Source: an uncultured Clostridia bacterium
GTDB lineage: Bacteria; Bacillota; Clostridia; TANB77; CAG-508
Direction of reading: 5' to 3'
DNA length: 64,000 nt
Assembly: GCA_934120645.1 (NCBI GenBank)
Contig: CAKOUO010000001.1
Location: 131,273-195,272, forward strand
In this document: positions 61,502-64,000 of the stretch, in pieces
How the letters are laid out: every line of letters begins with the position of its first letter
Numbering within the stretch: position 1 is the first letter of the stretch
Translations under genes and position numbers: made by a program
Notes under the pieces: generated by a model
Database searches by the model: none
Seen by the model: the letters and a program-made list of their open reading frames with translations, nothing else
What the model was told of the DNA's origin: nothing

Positions 61502-63736
61502 TTAATTTCCTTTTATCTTTCTTTTTATTTTTTTTGCTATTTTCCAAATTTTTGTATTTCTCATTTTTTCATATCTATATATAACATGTCCATATAAAGC
61601 TTGATATTGTTGAAAATCAACTTCTAGAGTTTTTGTTCTATATTCCATAAATTGATATATATTTGCAATTTTATTAATATTTTCTATTTCTATACTTTTG
61701 TATAATTCCTCATAATATTCTTGCATTTTTTCTAATGTTTTAAATTCATACTTGTCAAAATTTGCTTTTTTTGTTTTATATTCTACATTATTATTACTTA
61801 TTTCATTTATTTTTTCAAGTATTTTTGATGATTTAGTATTAAATTCTATTGTCCATCCTAAGCCATCTTTTTTTACTCTATCTCCTACTGCTCCTATATC
61901 AAATGTAAGTACTGGTACATGTGCCATATAACATTCTGTTAATGTATATGAATATGTTTCTGGCCATGTTGCAAAAATACAAACTAAATCTATATTATTG
62001 TCTATTAGTAATTGTGGTAATTCTCCTCTTTTATATGGTCCATGATTAATATAATTTTTTCTGTTTTTTGTTAATTCTGGTAGTTCTGATTTACCAAATA
62101 AGTGTATTTTTATATTTGAATTATTGTTTGTTTTTATTAAATCTTTTAATATATTTCCTCCTTTATGTATTGCCATTGCTCCTACGAATGCAACATTAAA
62201 AGATTTTATTTCTTCTTTTTGTTGTTTGTTTTTTACTTCTATTACTTTAACACCATGTTCTACAACTTCAAATTTTAAGTTTTTATATACTTTTTCAAAA
62301 ATACTTTTTGTGTTTTCTGATGGAACTATTATTTTATCAAATTTTTCTAAAACTTTTTTACATGTTTCTTGCCAATTTTCTATTATATTACTGTTTACTC
62401 CATATCTAATATGTAGGCATTTGCTACAATCTTTTTCTTTATCGTACTCACAATAAATATTTTTATATATCATATTTATTGATGGACATATCATATATAA
62501 ATCATGTAACGTAATTACTGAGTATATATTTCTTTGCTTTGCAATATCTATTGCATCAAATGTTTGAAATAAGAAATGATGAACATGTAAAATATCTATT
62601 TTAAAACTATCAAATATATTTTCTAGCATTTCTTTGTATCTGTTGTTTGTATATGTTATTTGTCCATATTGATTTATGTCTGTTTTAAAGTTTGCTATTT
62701 CTCTTCCATATTTGTCTGTATATAAATATAATTTGAATCTTGATAAGTCATTTTTGTCTGGTGCTAATACAAAACTTGCTATATTATTTTTATTATTAGC
62801 CATTATTATATCTTTTATATGTAGTGATGTTCCTCCTGTCATTTCCATATTGGCTTCCCATTCATTAACAAGATATAGTATTCTTTTTTTGCCATATAAT
62901 TGTAAATTTAAGCTTACATTTTCTTGTATATCTCTAATTGGATTATTTGCTATAAAATTATCTGTTTTTTGAACATATATTGGGTGTTTTTTTCTTAATA
63001 GGTTCATATGTTCTTCTATTAATGCTGCTCTAGAAGCGGTTAAATTTTCTTTTTTAAAGCTTTGTGTTCCTTTGTGATATATAAATGTATTATCACATAA
63101 AACATTAGTATATCCATGATCTAATGCTCTATAGCAAAAATCGTTTTCTTCTCCATATCCTTTTCCAAATGTTTCATCATCAAATAATCCTAATTCATTT
63201 ATTACATTTCTTTTTATATACATACAGAATCCATTTCCTGTTGTTAATTCTGGATATCTATTTTTTGATATTTCTTCTATCATTTTAGCATATTCTTCAA
63301 GTGTCATATTTTCTGGCAACTCATTATCAACTCCAAAATTTGGCACTGATGCTATTGTCCCATTGTTTGTAAGTGGTGTAACTGTGGCAATATATTCATT
63401 TGAATATGCACATTTTTGTATTTTTTCTATCCAATTACTTGTTACTTCTGTATCACTATTTAATAAAATTACATCATTTTCAGAATATTTCATACCTTTA
63501 TTTACTGTTTTAACAAATCCCATATTTTGTTCATTATCTAATACAACTATTTTTTTATCTGAATTTTCTTTTTTGTATTTTAGTAGCATTGGTAATATTT
63601 TTTCATCTGGGCTTTTATCATTTATTAAAACTAATGTATGTGCTGTTAAATCCGTGTTTTTTATTACACTTTTTATACATTCTTCTGTAAATTCATAAGC
63701 ATTATAAACTGGTACTATAATATCTATTTGTTTCAT
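61502..63736 (-). CDS. Bifunctional glycosyltransferase (N-terminal GT2 + C-terminal GT4-like)
   Basis: ATG 63736 lies 5 nt after GAGGA. IIVPVYNAYEF, NDKSPD and DTE (GT2) motifs. The C-terminal half resembles a GT-B fold. Confidence 0.82.
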   Translation of the reverse strand: MKQIDIIVPVYNAYEFTEECIKSVIKNTDLTAHTLVLINDKSPDEKILPMLLKYKKENSDKKIVVLDNEQNMGFVKTVNKGMKYSENDVILLNSDTEVTSNWIEKIQKCAYSNEYIATVTPLTNNGTIASVPNFGVDNELPENMTLEEYAKMIEEISKNRYPELTTGNGFCMYIKRNVINELGLFDDETFGKGYGEENDFCYRALDHGYTNVLCDNTFIYHKGTQSFKKENLTASRAALIEEHMNLLRKKHPIYVQKTDNFIANNPIRDIQENVSLNLQLYGKKRILYLVNEWEANMEMTGGTSLHIKDIIMANNKNNIASFVLAPDKNDLSRFKLYLYTDKYGREIANFKTDINQYGQITYTNNRYKEMLENIFDSFKIDILHVHHFLFQTFDAIDIAKQRNIYSVITLHDLYMICPSINMIYKNIYCEYDKEKDCSKCLHIRYGVNSNIIENWQETCKKVLEKFDKIIVPSENTKSIFEKVYKNLKFEVVEHGVKVIEVKNKQQKEEIKSFNVAFVGAMAIHKGGNILKDLIKTNNNSNIKIHLFGKSELPELTKNRKNYINHGPYKRGELPQLLIDNNIDLVCIFATWPETYSYTLTECYMAHVPVLTFDIGAVGDRVKKDGLGWTIEFNTKSSKILEKINEISNNNVEYKTKKANFDKYEFKTLEKMQEYYEELYKSIEIENINKIANIYQFMEYRTKTLEVDFQQYQALYGHVIYRYEKMRNTKIWKIAKKIKRKIKGN

Positions 63737-63773
63737 AATTTCCTCACTTTTAATACTATTATTTTTATTAATG

Positions 63774-64000
63774 TTAAACATTCAAACTCAATCCTGTATT
63801 TGTTTTACTTAAATTTGGGCTAAAATAAATATCTCCCTTTTCATACATATTTTGCCATTTCTTTTGTATTTTAGTTTCTTCTGATGGTATTTTTTCTGTT
63901 TGCCATATATTTTTTACTTCAAATGAAATTATTGGATTTATTACAACTTGCTTTCCAGAAGCTAATATTTTTAAACATGTATCAATGCTTTGTGCTAATC
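63774..64000 (-). CDS. 3' end of a further glycosyltransferase gene (5' part outside the window)
   Basis: The minus-strand frame is open from 64000 to TAA at 63776-63774. It encodes ...KKWQNMYEKGDIYFSPNLSKTNTGLSLNV*, a typical GT2 C-terminal tail. Not in the ORF track because it is truncated. Confidence 0.5.
   Translation of the reverse strand, partial: LAQSIDTCLKILASGKQVVINPIISFEVKNIWQTEKIPSEETKIQKKWQNMYEKGDIYFSPNLSKTNTGLSLNV

Noticed and set aside
139-63698. Many track ORFs lie antisense to, or nested inside, well-supported genes. Examples: 139-492, 3800-4003, 4014-4295, 9905-10384, 10667-11092, 17964-18371, 19426-19836, 21126-21461, 21591-21899, 41834-42544, 44317-44862, 52474-53263, 55905-56267, 62124-62456, 63363-63698.
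   Set aside because: They are shadow frames of AT-rich genes. They have an I/L/F/S/N-rich low-complexity composition, no RBS, no motif, and always overlap a gene with clear family signatures on the other strand.

Overview
This is a very AT-rich chromosomal segment from an endospore-forming Firmicute, probably Clostridia-like (ytvI, yabP, yabQ, spoIIID, spoVB and a dpaB remnant are present). I recognised no rRNA or tRNA genes, CRISPR arrays, transposases, reverse transcriptases or phage structural genes. From 1 to 47 kb, conserved core genes are interrupted by several accessory islets. The core genes are secA, prfB (with its programmed +1 frameshift), aspartate kinase, yabP-yabQ-divIC-rho, PBP1A, a Xer-type recombinase, pepF, spoIIID and spoVB. 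From 47.2 to 64 kb there is a minus-strand rhamnose-type cell-wall polysaccharide locus: rfbBCAD, a GtrA/GtrB-like pair, a ChW-GH25 hydrolase, a flippase, several glycosyltransferases and an acyltransferase. Best candidates for something new, in order: (i) At 15.4-19.5 kb and 22.2-23.8 kb, two paralogous soluble chimeras join a ClpA/ClpC-D1-type AAA+ module to an FtsH-type M41 metalloprotease. One is intact and carries a Clp_N domain; the other has a degenerate Walker B and a frameshift. They lie next to a divergent beta-CASP nuclease, on visibly GC-richer DNA, and share a promoter core. (ii) At 4.5-8.1 kb, a B12-domain radical-SAM / HIT-like / Cys-rich / small-protein operon with a convergent Nudix gene sits in a ~9 kb block that splits the normally adjacent secA-prfB pair. 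(iii) A 940-codon surface-protein ORF has a complete LPKTG sorting signal in its middle. (iv) A terminator-like hairpin repeat supplies the last codons (Cys-Gln-stop) of both prfB and rfbD. (v) A pilin-like/LamG gene and a sigma factor fused to a transmembrane and extracellular domain sit under a divergent XRE regulator with palindromic operators. (vi) An ORF-free 1.1 kb AT-rich region with a hairpin cluster and repeated modules adjoins a string of orphan genes. (vii) A YneA-like LysM gene has a textbook SOS-operator promoter. All family assignments come from motif recognition by eye. No database search was run.
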